Shown here piece after piece: positions 48,178-57,218 of a stretch of 64,000 nucleotides of DNA. The translations under genes and the position numbers were made by a program. The notes beneath the pieces are model-generated. The model saw only the letters and a program-made list of their open reading frames with translations, was not told where the DNA came from and did not search any database. Positions within the stretch are counted from its first letter, which is position 1; each line of letters opens with the position of its first letter. This DNA is from an uncultured Mobilibacterium sp. (GTDB taxonomy: Bacteria; Bacillota; Clostridia; Peptostreptococcales; Anaerovoracaceae): positions 134,024 to 198,023 of the forward strand of contig CAMYCF010000001.1 of the NCBI GenBank assembly GCA_947254375.1. The letters run 5' to 3'.

Positions 48178-49362
48178 CTACTTATCGGCGATAACTTCGA
48201 TGCCCGGCAGCTTCTTTCCTTCGAGCATCTCGAGGCTCGCTCCGCCTCCCGTCGATATGTGTGTCACCTTATCTTCAAGTCCGAATTTCTTTATGGCTGC
48301 CGCCGAGTCTCCGCCTCCGATTATGCTGACCGCGTCGCTCTCCGCCAGCGCTTCAGCGACCGCGCGCGTTCCTGCGGCGAAATTATCCATTTCGAACACG
48401 CCCATAGGTCCGTTCCACACGACGGTCTTCGCATTCTTTATGTTCTTCGCGAAAAGCTCCCTCGTCTCAGGTCCGATGTCGAGTCCCATGCGCTCCGCCG
48501 GGATCGCATCTATCGCATATACATCGTGAGGCGAGTCGTTGTCGAAGCTGTCCGCCGCAACGACGTCAACAGGAAGGACGAAGTCGACGCCCGCCTCTTT
48601 CGCCTTTTTCATTATGTCCTTTGCGAGTTCGAGGTTCTCTTCGTCGCATATCGAAGATCCGATCTCGTAACCTTCGGCCTTCAGGAACGTATATGCCATT
48701 CCGCCGCCGATGAGGATCGAGTCCACCTTGGTGAGCAGGTTCGTTATTACCGGGATCTTGTCTCCGATCTTCGCTCCGCCCATTATCGCGGTAAAAGGTC
48801 TCTCCGGATCTTCGAGAAGCTCGATAAAAGCTTTTACTTCCTTCTCTACGAGGAAGCCCATGACCGTCGGCAGGAAATCCGCTATGCCGGCTGTCGAAGC
48901 GTGCGCCCTGTGAGCCGTCCCGAAAGCGTCCTGTACGAAGACGTCTCCGAGGGAAGAAAGCTCGCGCGCGAACCCGGGGTCGTTGTCGGTCTCTTCCTTG
49001 CGGAACCTTACGTTCTCAAGAAGAGCGTCGTCTCCGGCTGCGAGGGCCGCGACCTCTTTTTTTACCGAATCGTCTACCACGACGTCGGATGCGATGAATT
49101 TTACTTTTTTACCCAGGAGCTCCGAAAGCCTGTCAGCGACCGGTTTTAGGGAAAACTCTTTTTTTGCCTCACCCTTCGGCCTTCCGAGGTGCGACATCAG
49201 GACGACCTTCGCGCCCTTGTCCGAGAGATACTCGATCGTCGGGACGGCTGCCCTGATCCTTTTATCGTCGGTGATCGTCGTTCCGTCGAGCGGCACGTTG
49301 AAGTCACATCTTACGACGGCGGTCTTGCCGGCCCAGTCTATGTCTTTGATACTTTTTCTCAT
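48178..49362 (-). CDS. pgk: Phosphoglycerate kinase.
   Basis: RCDFNVPLD, SHLGRPKG, GGGASLE... family motifs. 394 aa. Confidence 0.95.
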   Translation of the reverse strand: MRKSIKDIDWAGKTAVVRCDFNVPLDGTTITDDKRIRAAVPTIEYLSDKGAKVVLMSHLGRPKGEAKKEFSLKPVADRLSELLGKKVKFIASDVVVDDSVKKEVAALAAGDDALLENVRFRKEETDNDPGFARELSSLGDVFVQDAFGTAHRAHASTAGIADFLPTVMGFLVEKEVKAFIELLEDPERPFTAIMGGAKIGDKIPVITNLLTKVDSILIGGGMAYTFLKAEGYEIGSSICDEENLELAKDIMKKAKEAGVDFVLPVDVVAADSFDNDSPHDVYAIDAIPAERMGLDIGPETRELFAKNIKNAKTVVWNGPMGVFEMDNFAAGTRAVAEALAESDAVSIIGGGDSAAAIKKFGLEDKVTHISTGGGASLEMLEGKKLPGIEVIADK

Positions 49363-49426
49363 ATGCGATCCTCCCGCAATATAACACAGCCTCGGCGTCC
49401 GCTTCGGCTGTGGATATCGTTTTTAT

Positions 49427-50440
49427 TTATTTGTGATCTACGGAGTACATGTGTCTCATGAGCTCCAGGATCTTCGCGCTGTAACCGAACTCGTTGTCGT
49501 AGAACGAGATGAGCTTGAAGAACTTATCGTTCAGCTCGATGCCCTCTCTGGCGTCGAATATCGAAGTGTGAGGATCTCCCACGAAGTCGAGCGATACGAC
49601 TTCGTCGTCGACGTATTCGATGACGCCCTTGAGTTCGTTCTCGGAAGCTTCTTTTACCGCCTTGCAGATCTCATCGTAGCTCGCCGATTTTTTGAGGACC
49701 ACATTGAGGTCGATAACTGAAACATCGGCTGTCGGCACCCTGTAGGAAATGCCCGTCATCCTGCCTGCGAGGTCAGGAATTACGAGCCCTACAGCTTTGG
49801 CTGCTCCCGTCGTCGAAGGAATGATGTTTCCGAATACGGATCTGCCCGTTCTCCAGTCCTTCATGGATCTTGCGTCTACTACCTTCTGCTTTGCCGTAGC
49901 GGCGTGTATGGTCGACATGAGTCCCTGCTCGATGCCCCAGTTGTCGTTGATGACTTTGCACAGAGGTGCGAGGCAGTTCGTCGTGCAGGAGGCATTCGAT
50001 ACGACGTTGTATTCCGGCTTATATTCCCTGTGGTTTACTCCGTATACGAAAGTCGGCGTCTCTTTGTCCTTCGCAGGTGCCGAAATTATTACTTTCTTCG
50101 CTCCGGCATCGAGGTGAGCCTGAGCCTTCTCGGTAGTGTTGTAAGCTCCCGTTCCTTCCATGATGTACTCGGCTCCGCAGTCTCCCCAAGGGATGTCCTT
50201 CGCTTCGTTTTCCATGAATACAGGGATCTTCTTTCCGTCGATCATTATTCCCTTGTCGTACTTCTCGATGCTGCCCGGGAAACGACCGAACGTCGAATCA
50301 TATTTGAGCATGTAAACGATGTAATCGAGATCGGAATTTCTGTAATTGATACCTGCGATCTCAACGTCCGGCATGTCGACGGCCGCCCTCATGACAACTC
50401 TGGAGATCCTTCCGAATCCACTGATTCCAACTCTTACCAT
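49427..50440 (-). CDS. gap: Type I glyceraldehyde-3-phosphate dehydrogenase.
   Basis: GFGRIGR-like (GFGRISRVV), SNASCTTNCLAP active-site motif. Confidence 0.95.
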   Translation of the reverse strand: MVRVGISGFGRISRVVMRAAVDMPDVEIAGINYRNSDLDYIVYMLKYDSTFGRFPGSIEKYDKGIMIDGKKIPVFMENEAKDIPWGDCGAEYIMEGTGAYNTTEKAQAHLDAGAKKVIISAPAKDKETPTFVYGVNHREYKPEYNVVSNASCTTNCLAPLCKVINDNWGIEQGLMSTIHAATAKQKVVDARSMKDWRTGRSVFGNIIPSTTGAAKAVGLVIPDLAGRMTGISYRVPTADVSVIDLNVVLKKSASYDEICKAVKEASENELKGVIEYVDDEVVSLDFVGDPHTSIFDAREGIELNDKFFKLISFYDNEFGYSAKILELMRHMYSVDHK

Positions 50441-50511
50441 TTCTTCCTCCTAATCGGTTAATTAAAAAAATATAAAATATGTGTTCGGCTACGCCCGTAA
50501 AAGCGGCCGAA

Positions 50512-50982
50512 TCATCTGAGCTCCGGGAAACCTGTCTGTCTCAGAGCCTCGAACAATATGATATTTACTGAATTTGAAAGATTTAGCGAACGCGCCGCCG
50601 TGTTCTCGCTCATCGGGATGCGTACCGCACTTTCCCTGTGATCTTCTATAAAGTCCCTCGGGAGTCCATTCGTCTCGCGTCCAAAAAACAACAAATCGCC
50701 GTCGCGATACTCTGCGTCGGCGTATGAAATGCTGCCCTTCGTCGTTGCAAGATACATTCTTCTGTCTCCGTTCAGCGAAAGAAAATCTTCAAGCGAGTCG
50801 TAGACTCTGAGGTCGACGTACTTCCAGTAATCGAGCCCCGCCCGTCTCACCGTCTTGTCGTCGATGTTGAATCCGAGAGGCCTTATGAGGTTCAGTACGG
50901 TATTCGTCGCGGCACACGTTCTCGCTATGTTTCCCGTGTTCTGCGGTATCTCGGGTTCGACGAGTACTACTTCAAAAGACAT
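50512..50982 (-). CDS. trmL: tRNA (cytidine/uridine-34-2'-O)-methyltransferase TrmL (SpoU family).
   Basis: MSFEVVLVEPEIPQNTGNIARTCAATNTVLNLIRPLGF... 156 aa. A TTGAAA-17-TATCAT promoter is upstream. Confidence 0.85.
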   Translation of the reverse strand: MSFEVVLVEPEIPQNTGNIARTCAATNTVLNLIRPLGFNIDDKTVRRAGLDYWKYVDLRVYDSLEDFLSLNGDRRMYLATTKGSISYADAEYRDGDLLFFGRETNGLPRDFIEDHRESAVRIPMSENTAARSLNLSNSVNIILFEALRQTGFPELR

Positions 50983-51124
50983 TGCGCTCTCCTAAAAAAT
51001 ATTCATCCAGCATGTTCATGATACCAATAAAAAGATCTTTTTTCAATACAATGGCGTATAAATGCACCGAGCCGCCCTTTACGAGGGCGGCCCGACGCAT
51101 CTTGCTGTGTGGTTTTTAAGCGCA

Positions 51125-52594
51125 TTATTGCTGCGCGATCTTTGCATTATCCATTATCGGTTCTTTCGGTTTGCTTTCGCTGAGCTTTTTTTCCGCAGCC
51201 TCCGCCGCCATTTGCTCTATGCTTTTATCGTTGGCGTGAACGGCTTTGTACTTGTGGCTCTTAGGAAGGTTCTCCCACATATCTTCGGCGACAGGAGCCC
51301 AGTCCTTCGCGTACTGCTGGCACTTTCCGCACAGATGCTCTGCCGATTCAGGCGACTGAAGGTCGGTCGATACCGCACCCGTCTTCCTTACCATGCTGAC
51401 GAGCTTATCAGGATTCTCGAGCATCGGGCAAGGTTTGAGCATGTTGTCGTTGAAAGGCTGACCGTCGTGGTAAGCCATCATCATAGGAGATCTGAGCGCT
51501 TCAAGCAGCGTCTTCTCCCTGATATTGGAATCCGAATAGTGTACGAAAACGCAAGGGTCGATATCTCCGTTGGCGTTGATGTGGAAGTATCTCTTTCCTC
51601 CCGCGATGCATCCGCCTACGTATTCCGCGTCGTTCTGGAAGTCCATCGCAAAGAGCGGTTTGTACTTTCTGAACTCCCTTACCCTTCTGTATACTTCTCT
51701 TCTCTGTTCAGGCGAAGGAAGCAGTTCCGGAGAAGCGTCGTTTCCTACAGGCATGTAGTGGAAGTACCAGATGAAGTATGCTCCGAGCGAGATAAGCGTA
51801 TCGTAGTACTCTTCCGACGTTATCGACTCGTAGTTCCTGCTCGTGTAGCAGGACGAGATACCGAAGATGAGTTTCTTCTTCTGGAGCATCTTCATGGCAT
51901 TCGTAGCCTTCTTGTAAACGCCCTGTCCGCGCCTGTCGTCGGTCGCGTCTTCCATACCTTCGAGCGATATCGCAGGAACGAAGTTGCCGACTCTCAGCAT
52001 GTCGTCCGCAAATTCCTCATCGATAAGAGTTCCGTTGGTGAACGAAAGGAAGATGCAGTCGTTGTGCTTCTCGCAGAGCCTGATCAGGTCCTTCTTCCTT
52101 ACGAGCGGTTCTCCGCCCGTGTATATGTACATGTAAACGCCGAGTTCTTTGCCCTGGCGGATTATATCGTCTATCTCTTCGAACGAAAGGTTGAGCTTGT
52201 AGCCGTATTCGGCCGCCCAGCAACCCGTACATTTAAGGTTGCAGGCCGAAGTCGGGTCGAGCAGTATCGCCCAAGGGATGTTACATCCGTATTTCTCCCT
52301 GTTTTCGTCCTGTTTTCTCCACCCTATCATGGAAGCGTTGACGAAGAAGTTCGTGAACATCTTCTTCAATACATGCGGATCTACGTCGTGAATAACATGT
52401 AAAACGTAGTCGTGGTAAGGATGGTTAGGATCGGTGATGACCTCCCTTATCGTCTCTCTCTGCGTGGTAAAAGTCCCGCGCGAAAGCTTGTCCGCAAGTT
52501 TCATTACCTTAGGAAGGTTCTTCTCCGGATCTTTACAGATCTTGTCTATAGTGCGTTCGATCGCGGCTTTTTTGATTGCAGTTGAAATATCCAT
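51125..52594 (-). CDS. Radical SAM/SPASM-domain protein with an ~110-aa N-terminal extension. Start at ATG 52594 (MDISTAIKK). A terminator hairpin lies at about 51070-51100.
   Basis: CX3CX2C motif in DPTSACNLKCTGCWAAEYG. SAM-binding GGEP. SPASM hallmarks GGCIAGGKRYFHINANGDIDPC, KPCPM and CGKC. About 489 aa. Confidence 0.8.
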   Translation of the reverse strand: MDISTAIKKAAIERTIDKICKDPEKNLPKVMKLADKLSRGTFTTQRETIREVITDPNHPYHDYVLHVIHDVDPHVLKKMFTNFFVNASMIGWRKQDENREKYGCNIPWAILLDPTSACNLKCTGCWAAEYGYKLNLSFEEIDDIIRQGKELGVYMYIYTGGEPLVRKKDLIRLCEKHNDCIFLSFTNGTLIDEEFADDMLRVGNFVPAISLEGMEDATDDRRGQGVYKKATNAMKMLQKKKLIFGISSCYTSRNYESITSEEYYDTLISLGAYFIWYFHYMPVGNDASPELLPSPEQRREVYRRVREFRKYKPLFAMDFQNDAEYVGGCIAGGKRYFHINANGDIDPCVFVHYSDSNIREKTLLEALRSPMMMAYHDGQPFNDNMLKPCPMLENPDKLVSMVRKTGAVSTDLQSPESAEHLCGKCQQYAKDWAPVAEDMWENLPKSHKYKAVHANDKSIEQMAAEAAEKKLSESKPKEPIMDNAKIAQQ

Positions 52595-52635
52595 GATTGC
52601 CTCACCCTTTTCTGTCTCCTTCCGACCTGAATATC

Positions 52636-53454
52636 TCAGATCTTTCTTATAAGTTCCCATAAACACATCATCAGCTCCGACGGCATGAGTTTCGCCGCTA
52701 TGCGGTGCAGGATCGGTATCGGTCCCGGAAGCGAAACGGGAACTCCCGCCTTGATGTCGTAAAATACGAGCCATGATGTGAACAATGATTCGGATGCAAG
52801 GGGAAATCCCTTGATCCTCCCGGCGCCGCCGCTTTTGCGGGCCGTCTCGATAAACTCCGTATCTTTGATCCAATACGGACAAACCGCAGTAACCATTATT
52901 TTCTTATGAAAAAGTTCAAGTCTCAATGCCCTGCTGTACCGGTAAAGAAAAGCTTTGCTCGCGGCGTAGATGTTTAAGAACCGGAACGGTTGGAACGCCG
53001 CCGTTGAGCAGATCTCGGCTATGTGTGATCCTTCGCTCATATACGGAACGGTTATCTTGGTCATCCCGACCGCCGCCCTGCAGTTCAGATCGATCATCGC
53101 CTCTCCGTCCTCCAGGGTCACCTCGTAGATGTCCCCTATCTTTCCCATTCCCGCCGCGTTGATCAGATATCTCACGTCCGGCTTCTCTTCCTCAAGAATT
53201 TCGGATAGCTTTCTGAAAGAATCCTTCTCGGTAAGATCGAAAGACATCGGTCTTACAGGCGTCTCGGTCTCCTCATTGAGAGCTTCGAGACGCTCCTTCC
53301 TGCGGGCTATCGCCCAGATCTCGTCGAGGTCTTCGTTTTGGTCCAATAGTAGGAGAAGATCCTTTCCGAGTCCGGCGGAAGCTCCGGTAACGATACCGAT
53401 CTTCTTACCGCGGGCCGTTTTCTCTTTGCTGTCAGAATCGTGGATATCTGCCAT
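52636..53454 (-). CDS. SDR-family oxidoreductase with a C-terminal extension.
   Basis: Rossmann motif TGASAGLG and catalytic YAASK. Confidence 0.85.
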   Translation of the reverse strand: MADIHDSDSKEKTARGKKIGIVTGASAGLGKDLLLLLDQNEDLDEIWAIARRKERLEALNEETETPVRPMSFDLTEKDSFRKLSEILEEEKPDVRYLINAAGMGKIGDIYEVTLEDGEAMIDLNCRAAVGMTKITVPYMSEGSHIAEICSTAAFQPFRFLNIYAASKAFLYRYSRALRLELFHKKIMVTAVCPYWIKDTEFIETARKSGGAGRIKGFPLASESLFTSWLVFYDIKAGVPVSLPGPIPILHRIAAKLMPSELMMCLWELIRKI

Positions 53455-53472
53455 GGCTTTTACTTTCCGGAG

Positions 53473-53877
53473 TTATTCCTGACTGAGCTGTTTTGCCGTA
53501 ACTTCGAGAGCCGATACGAGGGCGTTGCTTGCCGCCATCATCGCGAAATCGAGCTCATACTCTGCGAGGAGCAACTCATTATTCACACACGAATCGGTGT
53601 CTTCGAGCAGGTAACATTCTTTCAGTTCGTTCTTCGCCTTGAAAGCGGCTTCTTTGATCTCAGAAAACGATCCTTCGAGTTTCTTCGATATCCCGTCCTT
53701 CGAGTTCCGAAGCCTGTCGCTCAGAGAGGAGTCGATAGTAGCGCACTCAGCCTTAAGCTCTGCGATCTCTTTTTCTATCTCATCGCAGGTCGAAGACTCT
53801 CCTATATTGATGCGCGTCCGCATTCTGGATATAGTGTCGTCCATTTCGCGGAGCTTGATCGAAAGGATCTCATGCGC
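53473..53877 (-). CDS. Hypothetical ~134-aa predicted all-helical protein with 4 Cys. ATG at 53877 with RBS AAGGAGG.
   Basis: Good RBS and own promoter (TTGAAC-17-TAAAAT). Amphipathic or coiled-coil-like sequence. No recognisable domain. Confidence 0.45.
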   Translation of the reverse strand, partial: AHEILSIKLREMDDTISRMRTRINIGESSTCDEIEKEIAELKAECATIDSSLSDRLRNSKDGISKKLEGSFSEIKEAAFKAKNELKECYLLEDTDSCVNNELLLAEYELDFAMMAASNALVSALEVTAKQLSQE

Positions 53878-53940
53878 CATTGAAACCAACCTCCTTCTTT
53901 GTGGTTATCGTAATTTTACTCCCCGCCCGCAAAGCGTTCA

Positions 53941-53993
53941 ATTAACATAAATAAATGAGTGTAAAGTATCTTTACACTCATCCGCTTATGTTA
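53941..53993 (-). terminator. Long imperfect inverted repeat with a perfect 10-bp core (GAGTGTAAAG-TAT-CTTTACACTC). It is the terminator of the TetR gene and possibly an operator, and it abuts the -35 of the downstream promoter.
   Basis: TTAACATAAATAAATGAGTGTAAAGTATCTTTACACTCATCCGCTTATGTTAA. Followed by a U-rich tract on the minus strand. Confidence 0.5.
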
Positions 53994-54034
53994 AAAATTT
54001 TACATTTTTTACGATGACGGTAAAAGGTCCCCGT

Positions 54035-54565
54035 CTAAAGCGAGATCTCGCCGCACAATATCCCGTATATGACCGAAGCTACCTCATCGAGATTGTCCTC
54101 CTTCTCTTCCGGCCAGGACTGAAGCACGCCCATAAAAGCATGGCTGTGGTAATTCAGAAAGAGGTCGCGCTCAAGTTCGCTGTATTCTTTGAAATCCCCC
54201 GTCTCCCCGATTATCTTCTCAAACAGCCTGTAAATATAGTCTATCATGAGCCGCTCTATCTCCTCCCCGTAGTTCGTCTGTATCCCCTTCACGACGTACG
54301 GTCTGATGTTGAGGCCGAGCCTGAAAAAGGATTTTATCACCTCTTCCGGGTTCCCGAGCGAAAGATACTCCTCGAGCATATTGTCTTCCTGCTGCTCGAG
54401 CATCCACCTTATGAGATCCGGTATATCCGCAAAATGATAATAAAAGGCCTGCCTCGTTATGTGGCATTCTTCGACTACGTTCGTGACCGTGAGCTTATCC
54501 ACCTTGTCTTTGAAAATAAGCTTGGTCGCTGCAGCCGCTATATGGTCTTTCATGTCTAAAGCCAT
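54035..54565 (-). CDS. TetR/AcrR-family transcriptional regulator.
   Basis: HTH in LTVTNVVEECHITRQAFYYHFADIPDL. An extended -10 promoter (TGgTATAAT) is upstream. Confidence 0.8.
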   Translation of the reverse strand: MALDMKDHIAAAATKLIFKDKVDKLTVTNVVEECHITRQAFYYHFADIPDLIRWMLEQQEDNMLEEYLSLGNPEEVIKSFFRLGLNIRPYVVKGIQTNYGEEIERLMIDYIYRLFEKIIGETGDFKEYSELERDLFLNYHSHAFMGVLQSWPEEKEDNLDEVASVIYGILCGEISL

Positions 54566-54663
54566 TCGTTGCTCCTTCCGAAATAAGCTCCGCGCCGCCC
54601 GACGTTATACATCTTTTATTCCATTGATTATACCATGATTCGGGATTTTACAAAATTCCGTTT

Positions 54664-55536
54664 TCAGTCCTCGAGCCTCGACGATATATAGCCGAACAAT
54701 ATGATGACCGCCATGCCGATCAGCGTTGAGATCTTGAGCGTTTCACCGAAGACGAAAAATCCTATCAGAGGCGAGAGCACGACGCCCGTGTAGTCGAAAA
54801 GCGTTATCCTCGACGCTTCGGCGCACGTATAGGCGCGCGTGATGAAGTACTGTCCTCCCGCCGCAAATACGCCTATCAGAAGGAGGTATATCCACTCCCT
54901 CTGCGTAGGCGCCACGTAATGCGGTATCATGAGCGGGATCGAGCAGATCGTCGAAAAAGCCGAGAAATAGAAAATGATCACGAGGCCGTTAATGGCTCCC
55001 GCCATTTTACCGACCATGGTGTAGGCAAGCCCTCCGAAAAGAGCCGAGCATATGCCGACGATGAACGGGAAGATCCCGGCGTTCATCCCTCCCGAAGGAT
55101 TTATGACGATCGCCGCGCCGGCAAAGCCGCCGATGACCGTGAGCACCCTCTTCCACGATATCTTCTCTTTAAGTATGAATCCGGCGAAAAAAGTAACGAA
55201 AAACGGATTCAGCTTCTGGAGCGTCTGCGCTTCCGCGAGCTGCAGGTGATTGCTCGCATAAAAAACGCATATCACGCCCAGGAACCCGAAGAAGCACCGC
55301 ATGAACAGAGCCGGCGCCGTGGCCCTGTCGAACGCGATGTTCACGCCCTCTTTTTTCATCATAAAAATGACGAAATTTATCATTATTAGGTTGCGGAAAA
55401 ACACCTGCTGAAAAAGCGGTATCGCCCCGCCGGACAGCTTCACCATCGTCGCCATGAGCGCGAACGAGCACGAAGCCGTCATCATCGAAATTATCCCTTT
55501 CTTTCTGCTTTCGTTAGTAAACCCCTTTGTTTCCAT
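54664..55536 (-). CDS. DMT-superfamily (EamA-like) transporter.
   Basis: 290 aa, 10 TM, two EamA-like halves. Confidence 0.8.
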   Translation of the reverse strand: METKGFTNESRKKGIISMMTASCSFALMATMVKLSGGAIPLFQQVFFRNLIMINFVIFMMKKEGVNIAFDRATAPALFMRCFFGFLGVICVFYASNHLQLAEAQTLQKLNPFFVTFFAGFILKEKISWKRVLTVIGGFAGAAIVINPSGGMNAGIFPFIVGICSALFGGLAYTMVGKMAGAINGLVIIFYFSAFSTICSIPLMIPHYVAPTQREWIYLLLIGVFAAGGQYFITRAYTCAEASRITLFDYTGVVLSPLIGFFVFGETLKISTLIGMAVIILFGYISSRLED

Positions 55537-55585
55537 TTTCCTCCCGTTCTTATCTATATCCGCCGGCCGCTCTGATGCAACAGTT

Positions 55586-56920
55586 TTAATGCATGTCGAC
55601 CAGCCGCACGGCGAAATTGAAGTACACGATCAGCGACACCGCATCGACTATCGTCGTTATCAGCGGCCCCGCCATTATGGCCGGATCGAGCCTCATCTGT
55701 TTGGCGATTATCGGGAGAAGACCTCCCACAACCTTCGCCATTACAACTATTATAATAAGGCTTCCGCAAACCGTAAAGCAAACGCTCGTGTCCACTTTGT
55801 CTATAAAATAAAGTCTCGCGAAATTTACCGCGGCGAGCGTCGTCCCGACGAGCAGGCTTATCCGAAGCTCCTTCCACATGACCTTCCCGAAATCCCTCGG
55901 AGACAGTTCATGAAGCGCAAGTCCGCGGATTATGAGCGTAGAAGACTGCGAGCCCGCGTTTCCGCCCGTGTCCATAAGCATCGGTATAAAAGATGCCAGC
56001 ACGACGACGCTGCTGAGGACGACCTCGTACTTTCTTATGATCATCCCGGTAAAAGTCGCGGATATCATCAGAAAGAGAAGCCAGAATATTCTCCTCTTCG
56101 CAAGGGTGAACACCCCCTCCTCGAGGTAAGGTCTCTCGCCCGGAGCGAGCGCGTTCATCTTTGCAAAGTCCTCTTCGTGCTCTTCGTTTATTACGCCCAG
56201 TATATCATCTACGGTGACTATCCCGACGAGCCTGTGTTCGCCGTCTACTACCGGCATAGCCAGAAATCCGTATTTTGTAAAGGTGTTCGCCGCTTCCTCC
56301 CTGTCCTCCGTCGTCGCGAGGAACATATATTTGATATCGGTCAAGTCTGATATCAGTGTGTCCGGAGGAGAAAGTATCAGCTGGCGGATCTCCAGTATCC
56401 CCGTGAGTACGCGGTCGTTGTCGGTCACATATATCGTATTTATCGTCTCGCGGTCCATTCCGACGGCGCGGATGTGCTCGATCGCTTCCCCGACGGTGAG
56501 CCCCTCTTTGATATCCACGTATTCGGTCGTCATTATGCTCCCGACCGAATCCTCCGGATAATTGAGCAGCGTGTTGATCGTTTTGCTCCTGTCGTCCGGT
56601 AGATTCCGAAGCACTCTCTTTACGACGTTGGCCGGCAGTTCCTCTATAAAATCAACCGCGTCGTCAACACAGAGCTTCTCGAATACCTGCGCGAACTCCT
56701 CATCCGACAGCTTCTCGACCAGATACTGGCGGTCGACCGGATGCATGTAGGAAAAGACTTCCGCGGCTTTGTCCTTCGGCAGGATCCTGAAAAGAACGAT
56801 CATGTCGATGTCTTCGAGTTCGTGGAAAAACTCCGCGATATCAACGGCGTTTTCGCCGTTCAGGAAGCTCCTCGCCTCGTAGATCCTGCCTTCTTTTATG
56901 AGCCTGATTATTTTTTCCAT
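55586..56920 (-). CDS. mgtE: Magnesium transporter MgtE.
   Basis: N-domain, tandem CBS domains and 5-TM C-terminal domain with GNAGSQS-type motif (DTGGNAGSQSSTLIIRG). Confidence 0.9.
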   Translation of the reverse strand: MEKIIRLIKEGRIYEARSFLNGENAVDIAEFFHELEDIDMIVLFRILPKDKAAEVFSYMHPVDRQYLVEKLSDEEFAQVFEKLCVDDAVDFIEELPANVVKRVLRNLPDDRSKTINTLLNYPEDSVGSIMTTEYVDIKEGLTVGEAIEHIRAVGMDRETINTIYVTDNDRVLTGILEIRQLILSPPDTLISDLTDIKYMFLATTEDREEAANTFTKYGFLAMPVVDGEHRLVGIVTVDDILGVINEEHEEDFAKMNALAPGERPYLEEGVFTLAKRRIFWLLFLMISATFTGMIIRKYEVVLSSVVVLASFIPMLMDTGGNAGSQSSTLIIRGLALHELSPRDFGKVMWKELRISLLVGTTLAAVNFARLYFIDKVDTSVCFTVCGSLIIIVVMAKVVGGLLPIIAKQMRLDPAIMAGPLITTIVDAVSLIVYFNFAVRLVDMH

Positions 56921-57190
56921 AATAAAAGACCTCCTTTTTTACGAGAAGGTCTCCTTATGTCTCAACATGCATCTGCGTCGGCAGACCTTCTCATGATAGA
57001 TTTTTCTGTTGCGTGTACGCGTCTGCTACACCAATGATGATCTGTCATAAGACCCCCCTGCCTTTCGCCATATCAACGTCGCGATAACGTCGCCGCCGAT
57101 CCCGTCCCGCAATGCGGTCAGGGGCCGGCCTGCTCCGTCGGTCATTCTACCACACATGGATAAAAACGGCAACGCGGCCGAAGAACGGCA
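56921..57190 (-). promoter_or_regulatory. Structured ~230-nt mgtE 5' leader. It has a promoter TTGCCG-17-TGgTAGAAT, a GC-rich region, a 28-codon uORF (56962..57048), and a hairpin whose 3' arm can alternatively pair with the mgtE RBS.
   Basis: GAGAAGGTCT...AGACCTTCTC hairpin immediately 5' of AAGGAGGTCT RBS. uORF MTDHHWCSRRVHATEKSIMRRSADADAC preceded by AGGGGGG. Confidence 0.4.
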
Positions 57191-57218
57191 ATGCGAACTA
57201 AGAGCGACAGCGCGGCCG

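Noticed and set aside
51125-54565. SCIFF, sactipeptide or ranthipeptide-type RiPP cluster with a short Cys-rich precursor next to the radical SAM/SPASM gene.
   Set aside because: No short (30-70 aa) Cys-rich ORF with an RBS exists in the intergenic gaps (41 nt, 18 nt, 145 nt, 142 nt). The only small protein is 134 aa with 4 scattered Cys. The RiPP assignment is therefore left as a hypothesis rather than a call.
56921-57190. Calling the mgtE leader an M-box (ykoK) riboswitch.
   Set aside because: The context fits, but I could not find the conserved M-box sequence blocks by eye. It is kept as an unclassified structured leader pending a covariance-model search.
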